From Octopus sinensis (Eukaryota): a stretch of 64,000 bases of DNA. Below the pieces are notes generated by a model. It worked only from the letters and a program-made list of their open reading frames with translations, searched no databases and was not told where the DNA came from. The position numbers and the translations under genes were made by a program. The stretch is taken from contig NC_043006.1 in the NCBI RefSeq assembly GCF_006345805.1, positions 22,630,001 through 22,694,000 on the forward strand. The letters are read 5' to 3'. Within the stretch, counting starts at the first letter, position 1, and each line of letters opens with the position of its first letter. Below, piece after piece: positions 51,990 through 64,000 of this stretch.

Positions 51990-53211
51990 AAGGTAAATTT
52001 ATTTTAATATGGGCTAGCACCACCTTTGGCAGTAATTACAGCTTGAATTCTACAAGGTATGAACTCGTTCAAAGTTTGAATTGTTTCCAAACGAATTTTT
52101 GTCCATTCTCCAGCTAAAAGTCTCCAGTTCTTGTAGTGATGATGGTGGAGGATATCGACTCCTTACTTGATTTTCTAAACTGCACCATGAATGTTCAATA
52201 ATATTGAGATCTGGAGACTGTGGTGGCCAGATAAGATGTTCAACTTCACTAGAATGTTCCTTGTGCCATTCAGTAATAACTTTAGCTGTGTGAATTAGTG
52301 CATTATCATCCTGAAAGATTGCATTTCCCTCCAGAAACAATTCTGCAACCATAGGATGAATTTGATCCCATAAAATGCTTAAATAGTCTTGACTATTAAT
52401 TCTGTCAGGAAGGAAAACCATTGGGCCGGTGGATTTCCAAGATACAACCCCCAGATCATCACAGATCCTCCTCCATGTTTAACAGTTAGAAGAAGGCAGT
52501 CTGTGCCAAATGGTTCTTTTGGCTGTCTCCACACATATACCTGGTGGTTAGAGATAAGGTAAAGGATGACTTGTCCAAGAAAATGATATTCTTCCACTGC
52601 TCCAGGGACCAATTCTGTAGGTTTTTACTCCACTCTAAATGCTTTGCAATGTTTGTTTTTGAAAGTAGTAGTTTTCTGATTGCAGCCCTCCCATGAAATC
52701 CGGCTTTGTGCAGCTCCTGGCAAACAGTTTTTGTGGAAACTAGGTTCTCAGGGTGATCATTAAGCTCTGCAGTAATTTTGGGAGCTGTACTTTTGTGATC
52801 CTTTCTAACAATCCGTGCAAGAGTCCAACAGTCCCTATCTGAAAGTTTTGGTTTTCTTCTGGAGTTTTGTTTCGATGTGGAGGCTTTTTCCCTCTTTCTC
52901 AGAGGCTGTCATTATTTTCAAGACTGTACTTCTTGATACACCAAACATTTCAGCTGTTTTCATTACGCTAGCGCCTGCCATACGAGCACCAATAATTTGA
53001 CCTCTTTGAAAGTCCGATAGATCTGTCATTTTAATGAATTTTAATTACCTTTTTCTGATGATATCTGAAAAGAAACAGCAATTTTAGCAAAACATATTAA
53101 GCAACACTAATAATAAATTAAAAAAATATAAAAATAAACAAGTTTTTGACGTCTTTATAGATATTTCAAAATTATGATGCTAGGTGTTTCCATTATTTTG
53201 TCCAACCCCTG
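51990..53211 (-). mobile_element. Degenerate Tc1-like element (DD34E)
   Basis: TA-flanked end caggggttggacaaaataatggaaacacc. MTDLSDFQRGQIIGARMAGAS..., VKHGGGSVMIWG, FQDDNA..H, WPPQSPDLNIIEH. Left TIR not found. Confidence 0.85.
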
Positions 53212-53469
53212 TATATACATACATATATTACATACAGACAGACGCACAGGTGATTATATACATACACATATAAGTTTCTTTCAGTTTCCATCAACCAAAT
53301 CCACTGAGGCTTTAACTGGCCTGGGAGTACAGCAAAATACATTTGTACTTGCCCAAGATGCCATGCAGTAGGATCTAGGGCAAGTATCTTCTACTATACT
53401 AAGTGACGAAAGGATTAAAATATATAAATAATTATTTTAAAAATATAAAGAATAAAAAAAACCACCTAC

Positions 53470-53852
53470 ATTGTTGTGGGCAAGGTTGAGAATAGTCAAC
53501 TGGGAAAAAGGTATCTTATATTCCTTGTTTTCTCTCACAGGTCGTGTACTGTAGCAATTACAGGTCTTGCTTTGCATCTCTACAATGGGTGCTTCACTTT
53601 CCTCTGATACCTGTTCACTTGACTCAAAAGAATACACATCAGAAGTGAACTCATCAGACTCTACTTCACATTCCAATTGAGAGTCAGTTGGATGCAGAGG
53701 ATCAGCATCTAATTCTACTGCTGGCGTCTGCGGTGGTGATTCTTCTTTGACTTCCTGCTCTATCCCAAGCAGATTAAAGGATTCGAGAGGAACTTCCTCA
53801 TCAACCAGCCTATCAGAAGTTTCCTTGAGTTTTGACAGATTCATGAATAATT
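53470..53852 (-). CDS. XRRA1: XRRA1-like LRR protein, most 5' coding exon found in window (383 nt, phase 1 to phase 0)
   Basis: Acceptor ttccaccag|AA and donor AAT|gtaggt. Encodes ELFMNLSKLK...KIPFSQLTILNLAHNN; the end matches my recollection of the XRRA1 LRR segment PFPELRYLSLAFNKI. Confidence 0.85.
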
Positions 53853-54734
53853 CTGGTGGAAGAGAAAAAAAAGGGTGGAAGAAGTGCATTATGTGAAGAC
53901 TGGAACTGATATTATGAATTGCACAAGCTTGTGTGTGTGTGTGTGTGTGTATGCAAGCATGCAAACAGACATGTATGTCTGTTCTCTGCCTGTGTATACT
54001 TGTGTATGTGTATGTCTGTGTGAATATATGTGGCAAATTCATGCCTTTGAGAGCTTTCCATTAATTAAACAAAATCTATATCTTTGCACATTAAAGTATA
54101 AATCATAAAACCTCAATGTAAAATAAAAGGGTAAAAAACATTCCATCTAAGCAACTGATGCACAGAAAAAGGAAGTTCTCCACTCTTTTTTCTGTATATC
54201 AGTGATGTAATTGAAAAGGGTTTACATTCTTATTACAGCCACAGTGAGACTTTCTGATATTTAAACATATATATATATATATATATATGTATGTATTTTA
54301 ATGGGGAAGGCCGGTTTATGGGATTACCCTGCGTTTCCTGTCCATAAAGGGTTTAGCTTTATGGCATACCATCAGATCCCAAAACCTGTTGGCCTAAGAC
54401 CTCTTCAAAATATGGGGGAGGAGCGAAAAGCCTCCCTTTATACACACACACACACACACACACATATATACGTATGTATATATTTATGATGATTGCTTCA
54501 TCTTGAAAGATGATAGCTGTCCCATCAACACACACACCACACCCCATCACATAGTACATTAACTCCATTGATGAGCCCTTAGATCACTTTTAAGAACAGC
54601 TGCTGACTGACAAGGTTTAAAACACAAGTGACATATTACTTAAGTTTCTTCTATATCCTTGCCCTTTAGAATCTGATTCTGAAGGAATGTTTTTGTGAAC
54701 TAGTATATGTCATTTAAGTCCAGATATTGTCTTA

Positions 54735-55141
54735 CAAGTTTTTTAACATTAGATACATGTTGTAAGAGGTGGTTGGTGTCCAAGATCATAACCTATCTGA
54801 GCATTACGATTTTCATGTGACTTCATGTGGTTCACGTATCCTGCTTTTGACAATAGAACACGATCACAGCGTCGGCTGCGGGGTCACTCTGAAAAGCTCT
54901 ATCTGCAACGATTTCATCTCAATCGAAGGAGAGGGGCTTTCTCCGTCCGGGTTGCGGATCCGTGGAATAAGCTGCCAGACGAGATAGTGAAGATGCCGAC
55001 GACCACTCAGTTCAAAGTCTCCCTTGACCACAAATGGCCTGAACTCTTTGCATGAACACCACCCTGTACATAACTCCATGTCCCCCTACATGGCCTTGCT
55101 CTTTGCTTTTTGAGCCAAAAAATTAACTTAACTTAACTTAA
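54735..55141 (+). mobile_element. CR1-group LINE 3' fragment with (TTAAC)n tail
   Basis: LRGHSEKL...R.GAFSVRV...WNKLPDEIV......QFK..LD followed by ttaacttaacttaac. Confidence 0.75.
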
Positions 55142-55149
55142 CATATAAT

Positions 55150-56850
55150 ATATACCCAATGTTCACTGTTCATTACAGTTCTAATTGTTCCTTTGCGACA
55201 GGTCTTTTTAAGTTCAGATGGCGGAATCGTCTTTTTTTCCCAGGCATTACAACCAGTCCTAACAGCACCTCTCCACTAGAGCATCATTTCCCAATCACTT
55301 TTGTTCATATCTTGTTTCTTCAGGTTTTCCTTCACACAGTCTGTATACCTTTTACTCAGCTTATGTTGTAGTTGCTTACCAGAGTTGAGCTCACCATAAA
55401 AAGACACTTTGGCAAATGCTCATCTTTCATTCTAATAACCTGTCCAGTCCATCTCTTTTGAGCCAAGATAACACGTTGTTCAACTGAGCTGCAATGTGCC
55501 ATGCACAAAACCTCTGTATCTGGTATGAAACGTTCCCACTTGACTCCTAAGATACGTCTGAGGCACTTTTGATGAAATCACTTGAGCATTGTTATGTGAT
55601 GCTTGTAAGTGGTCCATGTCACACTTGAATAAAGAAGTGGAGACAATACACCCACTTTATAGACACTGATTTTTGCCTGCAGGTAAATACCTCTATCTGC
55701 CCATACTTGTTTTTCAAGCTTTCCAAATGCAACACTTCTCTTCCCTATTTGATAGTATATCTCTGCATCAAGACTACAATCTCTTTTGACAGTGTGCTTC
55801 CTAGGTAAACAAAAGTATCAACGACTTCTAACCTTGTTCCATTCACAAAAATGTTTGGTTCAGGATATGTTTGTCCTGGCATGGGAGTAAACATTACTTT
55901 GGTTTTCCCCAAACTAATTGTGAGTCCGAAATGTACACAAGCAGTGGAAAATCTGTCCATTAAATGTTGCACATCCCCCTATGAGTTTGCCAAAAAATCA
56001 GCATCATCAGCATAAAGTAATTCTCTAACAAGTATTTTGAAATCTGATTCTGATTCTCCAGTTGCAATCCTTGAAAACATACCAAAATAAAGCAGCAAAA
56101 TAAATAGGGAAGAGTGTAGGGGCAGGAAGACAGCTCACCATTAAAGACTACCTGAGCTTTTATGTTTCTGTGTAGTTCCTTAGACATGCTCACAAAATGT
56201 GTTGGACAACCAAGTTTACACAAAACAATCCACTGTGCCTCCCTGAAGACGGATTGTGGAAAAGACCTGAAAAGTGTTCTCTCTATCTATTCATTATTCC
56301 AGGAGGATCTTTGATAACCTCATTTCCATCTTTCGATTTCAAGGGAACATATGATGATGAAGATTGCAGTCCAAAACCTTGCCACAATAAACTGTAGAAA
56401 CTTTTAATGTCTTTCCTGTCATAGGCTGCCTGTACTTCATCAGACAAATTTCTCCACCAAATGTCTTTAAGCCTCCTGAGTTCTTTTTGCACGTCTGCTT
56501 TCTGAGATTTGTACAACTTTTCTAGTTACACTTTGTTCTTAACGTTTGGGTTAAGAAACTTTTCATGAGTGGACCTCTTTGTTGCTAAAAGCTCATTTAT
56601 CACTGTATCATTGGAATCAAGCTAGTCTCGGTGTTGTCTCCTCTTAAAACCTAACACCTCTGATCCCATTTTATATATTCCATCACGGAAAGATTACCAT
56701 GAACCTTCAAAATGAACATTGCTGCATCTCTTCTGAAACAACTGCGAAACTTGTGGTTGTTTTAGCTGCTTTACATCAATTTTCTTTGGTACTCATACAT
56801 CAGCACTACGAACCTTCTTACGGAACCTGAACTTGAACTTGGCCCTAACC
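55150..56850 (-). mobile_element. Degenerate RTE/BovB-like LINE fragment (RT region)
   Basis: YADDADFL, MQHLMDRFSTACVHFGLTISLGKTKVM, FVYLGSTLS, with frameshifts. Boundaries approximate. Confidence 0.8.
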
Positions 56851-56862
56851 ATTTTGTGATCA

Positions 56863-57871
56863 GTATCACAATACTGGGATTTCTTGTGATACTGGGATTT
56901 CTTGTGATACTGGGATTTCTAGTGATACTGGGATTTCTGGTGATACTGGGATTTCTTGTGATACTGGGATTTCTTGTGATACTGGGATTTCTTGTGATAC
57001 TGGGATTTCTGATGATACTGGGATTTCTTGTGATACTGGGATTTCTTGTGATACTGGGATTTCTTGTGATACTGGGATTTCTTGTGATACTGGGATTTCT
57101 TGTGATACTGGGATTTCTGATGATACTGGGATTTCTTGTGATACTGGGATTTCTTGTGATACTGGGATTTCTTGTGATACTGGGATTTCTTGTGATACTG
57201 GGATTTCTTGTGATACTGGGATTTCTTGTGATACTGGGATTTCTTGTGATACTGGGATTTCTTGTGATACTGGGATTTCTTGTGATACTGGGATTTCTTG
57301 TGATACTGGGATTTCTGGTGATACTGGGATTTCTGTGATACTGGGATTTCTTGTGATACTGGGATTTCTAGTGATACTGGGATTTCTTGTGATACTGGAT
57401 TTCTTGTGATACTGGGATTTCTTGTGATACTGGGATTTCTTGTGATACGGGATTTCTTGTGATACTGGGATTTCTTGTGATACTGGGATTTCTTGTGATA
57501 CTGGGATTTCTGTGTGATACTGGGATTTTTGTGATACTGGGATTTCTGGTGATACTGGATTTCTAGTGATACTGGGATTTCTTGTGATACTGGGATTTCT
57601 GTGATACTGGGATTTCTTGTGATACTGGGATTTCTAGTGATACTGGGATTTCTGGTGATACTGGGATTTCTAGTGATACTGGGATTTCTGGTGATACTGG
57701 GATTTCTTGTGATACTGGGATTTCTTGTGATACTGGGATTTCTAGTGATACTGGGATTTCTGGTGATACTGGGATTTCTAGTGATACTGGGATTTCTGGT
57801 GATACTGGGATTTCTTGTGATACTGGGATTTCTTGTGATACTGGGATTTCTTGTGATACTGGGATTTCTTG
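56863..57871. repeat. 18-bp minisatellite (gtgatactgggatttctt), about 55 units
   Basis: Direct reading; variants mainly at the last base of the unit (T/A/G). Confidence 0.97.
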
Positions 57872-57908
57872 TAATATTATTTGCTTTAATAATTGAATTT
57901 GGCACCAG

Positions 57909-58780
57909 TCTTCCTGCATGATGGCTTCCTGCAGCTTTGCCTCATTGTAGACTCGGACACGTTTTCCCTTCGACGCCAAATATAACGCCATCTTCTCCCT
58001 CTTCTCGTCGATGACGACCCTCGCCCTTACCAGACGATGATCACTGCCGGTGTTGAATGGCATCACGACGGAGACGTTATGCAATATGCGTCGCTTATCA
58101 ACCAGGATGTAGTCGATCTCGCTTCGGTGCTTAGAGTTCGGCGATATCCAAGTCCATCTCTTCCTCTCCCTCTTCCTGAATAGGCTGTTTCCCATGTAGA
58201 GCTGCCTCGCCTCTGCCATGGTAGCCAAACATTCTCCTCTCTCGTTTCTCTCTCCCATGCCAAATCTCCTGACGTACTCCTCTCCTTGTCGTCCATGTCC
58301 ACCCTTGCGTTGAAGTCTCCCATCCTGACAGTGTAAGTGGACTTCATAGCCAACCCTTTGTCTAGTTGTCGATAGAATTCTTCCACCTCATCGTCGTCGC
58401 TGGCACTTGTGGGAGCATAGGTCTGGACAATCTTGAGGGTGGCCTTCCCTGAGAGGTTCACATTCAATACACCAATCTGTGATGATATGAACTGGCAAGA
58501 AGCGACCCTCGAAGCCCATTCCTTACTTACGATGAATCCAATACCTCCGACTGATCTAGCACCTTCTGCTCTTCCTAATCTCACAATGCATCCATCTTGC
58601 CATCGTTCACTTGCTTCCTTCTTCCAGCGTGTCTCGCACAGCCCTAACACGTCACACCTGATCTTCTTCCTCTCCTCCATTAGGTGGTTCAGTTCTTGCC
58701 ATCCTGCCATAGACCTGCAGTTGTAGGTGCATATGGCAAGTTTAGTCCTGTTCCATGATGGCTTTCGGGAACCTGTGATT
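57909..58780 (-). mobile_element. RTE-type LINE 5' fragment (APE endonuclease)
   Basis: [46 protein letters not shown]. Confidence 0.88.
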
Positions 58781-58799
58781 CTTAGCAGCCTCTCGTCGC

Positions 58800-61632
58800 T
58801 ATATATACCTCATATACCTCAAAGACTAGTGGCAAGGACCTCATCTTTGTGGGTGGAGACTTTAATGGGCATGTTGGGCGGGAATCGGGTATCTTCACTG
58901 GGGTACACGGTGGCCATGGTATTGGCACCAGAAATGATAAGGGAACTAGATTACTGGAATTCTGTGATGCATGTAACCTTTTAATCTGCAACACTAACTT
59001 CAGGAAGCCCGACTGCCACCTTATAACCTATCAGTCAGGAGACTTCGCTAGCCAAATAGACTTCATCCTTACCAGACAGCGGGATGCAGGGTCGCTCTTA
59101 AATACAAAGACCCTCCCAGGTGAAGAATGTATCCCTCAGCATAGGTTAATCATCAGTGACTTTAAGCTTGAGGCTAGAAGGACTCCAAGAAACAAACCAA
59201 TCCAGAAAAGAAGGATTTGGAAGTTAAAGAACCCTTCACATGGCCAGAGATTTAGGGACATCCTCATCAAGAAATTTGATGAGAGGGAGGAGGAGCTTCA
59301 GATGTCGGACATAGAAGGTAGCTGGGAACTGTACCAGGTAGCCAAAAGGGAGGCTGGGCGGCAGGTATACATAGCCAAAGATGTAGCAGAAAAGAAGAAG
59401 TTTGCCAATGTCCAAAGAGCTGAAGTATTTCGGATTGCCAGACAGTGTGTGAGAGAAAATAGTGATGTTACAGGAGAGAAATGTGTCCGCATGGATGATG
59501 GGGCACTTGCTTTTAATGTTGGTGAAAAGAAAGAGACTTGGAGAAGCCATTATGAAAGACTGCTGAATGAGGAGAATGAATGGGAAGAGGAGAGCCTGCC
59601 AAATGTTGACCCAGTAGAGAGACCAGCTATCCAAATAGACAGCTCCCTTGTAGTTAAGGCAATTAAGGATATGAAACCAGGTAAAGCCCCCGGCCCATCA
59701 GGAATCACTGCTGAGATGCTTAAAACAGCTGGCTATGTGGGCTATGACCTAGTCATCCGCATTGTAAACTAGGTAGTTCATAATGAAGTCATACCCAATG
59801 ACTGGCGTAGCAGCACCATAGTCAGCTGGTACAAGGGTAAGGGTGATGCTCTAGATAGAAATAACTACAGGGGTATTAAACTGTTGGATCAGGTAATGAA
59901 GGTCACAGAGAGGGTCATAACCCATCTCATTAGGGAGAGAATTTGCTTAGATGAGATGCAGTTCGGTTTTGTGCCGGGTAGAAGCACCACTGATGCTATA
60001 TTCCTGGTCCGACAACTGCAGGAGAAGTACCTAGCTAAAGATAAACCCCTCTACATAACTTTTGTGGACTTGGAGAAAGCCTTTGACAGGGTTCCCCGAT
60101 CCCTTATCTGGTGGTCGATGCGGAAACTGGAGATTGACAAATGGCTATACAGGCTCTATACAGAGAGGCTGTCAGCAAGGTTAGGATTGGCAACGAATAT
60201 AGTGAAGAATTCCGGGTAGAAGTAGGTGTACACCAAGGCTCAGCCCTCAGTCTCCTTTTATTCATCATAGTCCTCCAGGCAATAACAGAGGAATTCAAAA
60301 CAGGATGCCCCTGGGAGCTCCTCTATGCTGATGACCTGGCTCTCATAGCAGAATCACTACCGGAACTAGAAAAGAAATTTCGGGTGTGGAAGCAAGGGTT
60401 AGAATCAAAGGGCCTTAGAGTAAATGTAGCAAAGACCAAAGTTATAGTAAGCAGAAAGGCGAACTCAGCACACACACCCTCTGTAGGAAAGGTGTAGGTA
60501 GAAACTTCATAAGATGCACCCAATGTAAGCTATGGACGCATAAGAGGTGCAGCAACATCAAAGGGAAATTAACTGATAAGATAGCTTTCATGTGCGGCAG
60601 ATGCATAGGGAGAATAGACACCACAGACACTCAGAAAACAGATTCCATCACACTCCAGGGGGAGAAACTAGAAGTAGTTGATAGTTTCCGCTACCTGGGT
60701 GACCAAGTTAGTAGTGGAGGTGGATGCTCAGAGAGTATCACCACTAGAATACGAATAGCCTTGGCAAAGTTCAGAAAGCTCCTACCCCTACTGGCAACAA
60801 AGGGTTTCTCGCTCAGAGTGAAAGGTAGATTGTATGATGCATGTGTGCGAACTGCCATGCTTCATGGTAGTGAAACATGGGCTGTGACTGCAGAGGACAT
60901 GCGTAGACTTGAAAGAAATGAAGCTAGCATGATCCGCTGGATGTGTAATGTCAGTGTGCATGCACGACAGAGTGTAAGCACCCTGGACATAAGAAGCATC
61001 AGATGTGGTGAGCAAGAGCAACGCTTGTGATGGTATGGTCATGTACTGCGGATGGATGAGGAGAGATGTGTGAAGAAGTGCCACTCCCAAACAGTTGAAG
61101 GTGTCAGGGGGAGAGGTAGACCCAGGAAGACATGGGATGAGGTAGTCAAGCATGACCTCAGAGCGTTGGGCCTCACTGAGGCAATGGCGAAGGACCGAGA
61201 TTTCTGGAGATATGCTGTGACGGCAAAGACCCGGGCTGCTTCCTGCACCAGTTCCGCATAGCCCCTGCCCATTCAAAGTACCCTGGATTCCAGAATGCCC
61301 CGCTGTGCTTGAGGAGACCTGTTGAGTCAAGTACATGAACATGAACATCGAAATAAATATCAATGGAAATAGTAGTTGTGATACCTGTGCTGGTGGCACG
61401 TTAAAAGCTCCAACCAATCGTGACTGATGCCAGACCCCACTGGCACCTGTGCATGTGGCACGTAAAAAGCACCCACTACACTCGTGGAGTGGTTGGCGTT
61501 AGGAAGGGCATCCAGCAGTAGAAACTCTGCCAGATCAGACTGAAGCCTGGTGCAGCCCCTGGCTTCCCAGACCCCGGTCAAACCGTCCAACCCGTGCTAG
61601 CGCGGAAAACGGACGATGATGATGATGATGAT
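58800..61632 (+). mobile_element. RTE LINE, 5'-truncated, APE C-terminus + RT + 3' UTR + (GAT)n, with stops and frameshifts
   Basis: GGDFNGHVG, SQIDFIL, QFGFVPGRSTTDAIF, DLEKAFDRVP, GVHQGS.LS.LLF, LLYADDL, FRYLG. Confidence 0.93.
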
Positions 61633-61749
61633 ATATATATATGTATATATATATATAATATATATATATATATACATATGTATATATATACGTATATATA
61701 TATATACGTATATATATATACATATATATATATACATATATATATATAC

Positions 61750-61782
<33 letters not shown>

Positions 61783-61856
61783 CATATATACATATATATA
61801 TATACGTATATATATACGTATATATATATGTATATGTATATGTATATATAATATAT

Positions 61857-62227
61857 AACGGGAAGCTTTATGAAAATAAACAAAAGACGAAGGCAGGTGG
61901 AAAACAAACGAACAATTGTATTAGTATGGCGCTCAGGAAATATAAATAAAACAAGTCTTTAACGTTTCGAGCCTACGCTCTTCAACAGAAAGATACACAG
62001 AGAGAGAAAAACACAGAAAGAAGGAGAGAAAAAAAAATGCGTGCAGTAGCTAACGAATCAACATGGCGATCTGATTTCGGCCAGAGGTCAAAGATCAAAC
62101 ATGAGACGCGAGAGCGAAATAAGGGGAGATAATAGGGTTGATAAAAGGGTTGAGGGACCAGCTAATAGTGCGTAGGAGGGGTCTGGATGTGTGTATGTAT
62201 AGGGTTGGTGTATGTATTAGTATGTAT

Positions 62228-62270
<43 letters not shown>

Positions 62271-64000
62271 AGAGAGTATTAGTGTGTAGGATTGGTCTGG
62301 ACGTGTGTATGTATGGGGTTGGTGTATGTATTAGTATGTATTAGTACGTATTGGTATGTATAAGTGTGTGTGTGTGTGTATGAGAGAGTATAAGTGCGTA
62401 TGCGGGGTCTGGACGTGTGTATGTATAGGTTGGTGTATGTATTAGTATGTACTAGTATGTATTAGTACGTATTAGTATGTATTAGTTGGTGTGTGTATTA
62501 GTATGGCACATCATATGTGATGTGATGTGTAAAGTCATGTGGTGTAGTGAGGAGAAGAGGGGGAGAAGAGGGTGGAGAGAAGGGGAGGGGAATAAGAGGG
62601 GGAGGAGGGGGGAAGAGGAGAGGATGGGGGAGGAGAGGGGGAAGAGGAGAGGATGGGGGAGGAGGGGGATGAAGGAGGAAAGAGGGAGAGGGGGAGAGAG
62701 AAGGGGAGAGAGGGAGTGAGGGAGCAGAGGGAAGGGGAAGAGGGAGGGAGAAAGAGGGAAGAAGGGAAGGGGAGTAGGGGTGAAAGGATGAAGGACTGAA
62801 GAAGTAGGGGTCGGGGGGAAAGGATAGATGAGGAGGGGGGGAGAGTTGAGACCAAATGGCGTATAAGAGCGAAGAGAGAAGATTAATTCCTGTTCACGGC
62901 GCAAACGGGAATCCGGATGGCCTCTGTGTAAGGACAAACCGAACACAGATAGGTGTTGCAAGGAGTGACCGGTGGAGCGGAAATGGCGTGAGACCGGTGT
63001 GTCGTTCGCAAGGTGGATGTCACGAAGGTGTTCCGCGAACCGGTCAGCCAAGCGGCGTCCCGTTTGTCCGATGTACAAGGAATTGCAGAGAGAGCAAGAG
63101 ATGCAATAGATAATATTGCTGGAGGTGCAGGTGAAGGAGTGGATGATGGGATAGGGTCGATGGTGGGTGCTAGTGAGGCGGGTGGTGTTGGAGAGGTAAG
63201 GGCAAGTGCGGCAACGTGGGCGGGAGCAGGGGAACGAGCCGGGTTGGGAGGTAGGGTCAGGGAAGGAGCTATGGACCAAAAGGTCTCGAAGGTTGTGGGC
63301 TCGTTTGAAAGAGGGGAGGGGTCGGTTAGGGAAGAGGTGTGAAGTGGACGGGTCGGACTGGAGATGACGGAAAGCTCGAAGAATGGTGCGTTGGAGACGT
63401 AGGGTCGTGGGGTGGTAAGTGAGGGGAAAAGGGAGGCGGGAGACTACAGGGCGGGTTCGGGGAGAGAGAGCAGATACACAGTCCACGGACCGTGCTCTGG
63501 CAAGGGCGGTGTGGATAGTGGTGAGGGGGTATCGACGTAGGGTGAAGTGGTGAGCCATACGTTGAGACTGAGTCTCAAAGTCATGGTCGTCACTACAGAG
63601 CCTACGTAGACGGAGGAATTGGGAATAGGGGATGGAAAGCTTGGTGTGTTCTGGGTGGGAGGAAGAGAAGTTGAGGTATGAGTGTGAGTCTGTGTGTTTG
63701 TAGTGAATGGAGGTGGTAAGAGTGGAGTGAAGAATGCTAACCGAAATGTCGAGGAAGGAGACAGAGGTGTTGGAGATAGTGGAAGTGAAGTGGAGGGCTG
63801 GATGGAAAGATTGGACGAAAGAGAGGAAGGAATCTAGATGTTCGCGGGAGAGTGAGGTGGCACCGATAATGTCGTCAATGTAACGAACATATAGTTCAGG
63901 AGTGGGATCAGTGAAATTAGAGAATATTTGGGCCTCAACATAGCCAACGAACAGGTTCGCATAGTTGGGGCCCATTCGCGTTCCCATGGCCACTCCCGAG
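61857..64000 (-). mobile_element. Penelope-like element (RT + GIY-YIG ORF 62482-63993 and 3' pLTR), continues past the window edge
   Basis: AMGTRMGPNYANLFVG, YVRYIDDI, SHSYLNFSSSHP, NIIYCISC..C..LYIGQTGR..RFAEH; the ORF reads on into a CT-rich tract. Confidence 0.93.
61956..61993 (-). ncRNA. Minimal hammerhead-like motif with variant core CUGUUGA, in the 3' pLTR of the terminal PLE
   Basis: tcttt-CTGTTGA-a-gagc(gtag)gctc-GAAA-cg-T-T-aaaga; same sense as the PLE ORF. Confidence 0.55.

Noticed and set aside
46735-57871. CRISPR-like appearance of the tandem arrays
   Set aside because: Units are contiguous with no unique spacers, there are no cas genes, and the context is eukaryotic.
56856-57921. 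Long ORFs (ILGFLV, TRNPSI, KKSQYH, QEIPVS repeats)
   Set aside because: Artefacts of a stop-free 18-bp unit inside an intron; no splice or start context.

Overview
AT-rich, repeat-dense animal genomic DNA. The SINE, RTE and Penelope families and the abundant (TA)n/(CAT)n/(ATT)n microsatellites point to an octopus genome (inference from repeat content, not a database result). Two host genes lie on the minus strand. The first is the 3' portion of an XRRA1-like LRR gene: 8 coding exons traced with consistent splice phases from 53852 to the stop at 15323, with 5' exons not found in the window. The second, directly downstream, is a two-coding-exon Myb/SANT-like DNA-binding protein gene (11144-10312, 7254-6930). 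The remainder is mostly transposon debris: tRNA-derived SINEs, RTE, CR1-like and R4/Dong-like LINEs, mariner/Tc1 elements, piggyBac-type and Merlin-type MITEs, a Helitron/HINE-like element and several Penelope-like elements (PLEs). The most notable signal is a set of hammerhead-ribozyme motifs from several unrelated PLE-type repeats. Most have a self-complementary stem III. They include a ~447-bp foldback carrying two opposed hammerheads, a 506-bp inverted-arm element with a central hammerhead, and two copies with a non-canonical CUGYYGA core. There is also a 121-bp PLE GIY-YIG fragment inserted inside a neighbouring mariner transposase. Ribozyme activity and all splicing hypotheses are untested inferences.
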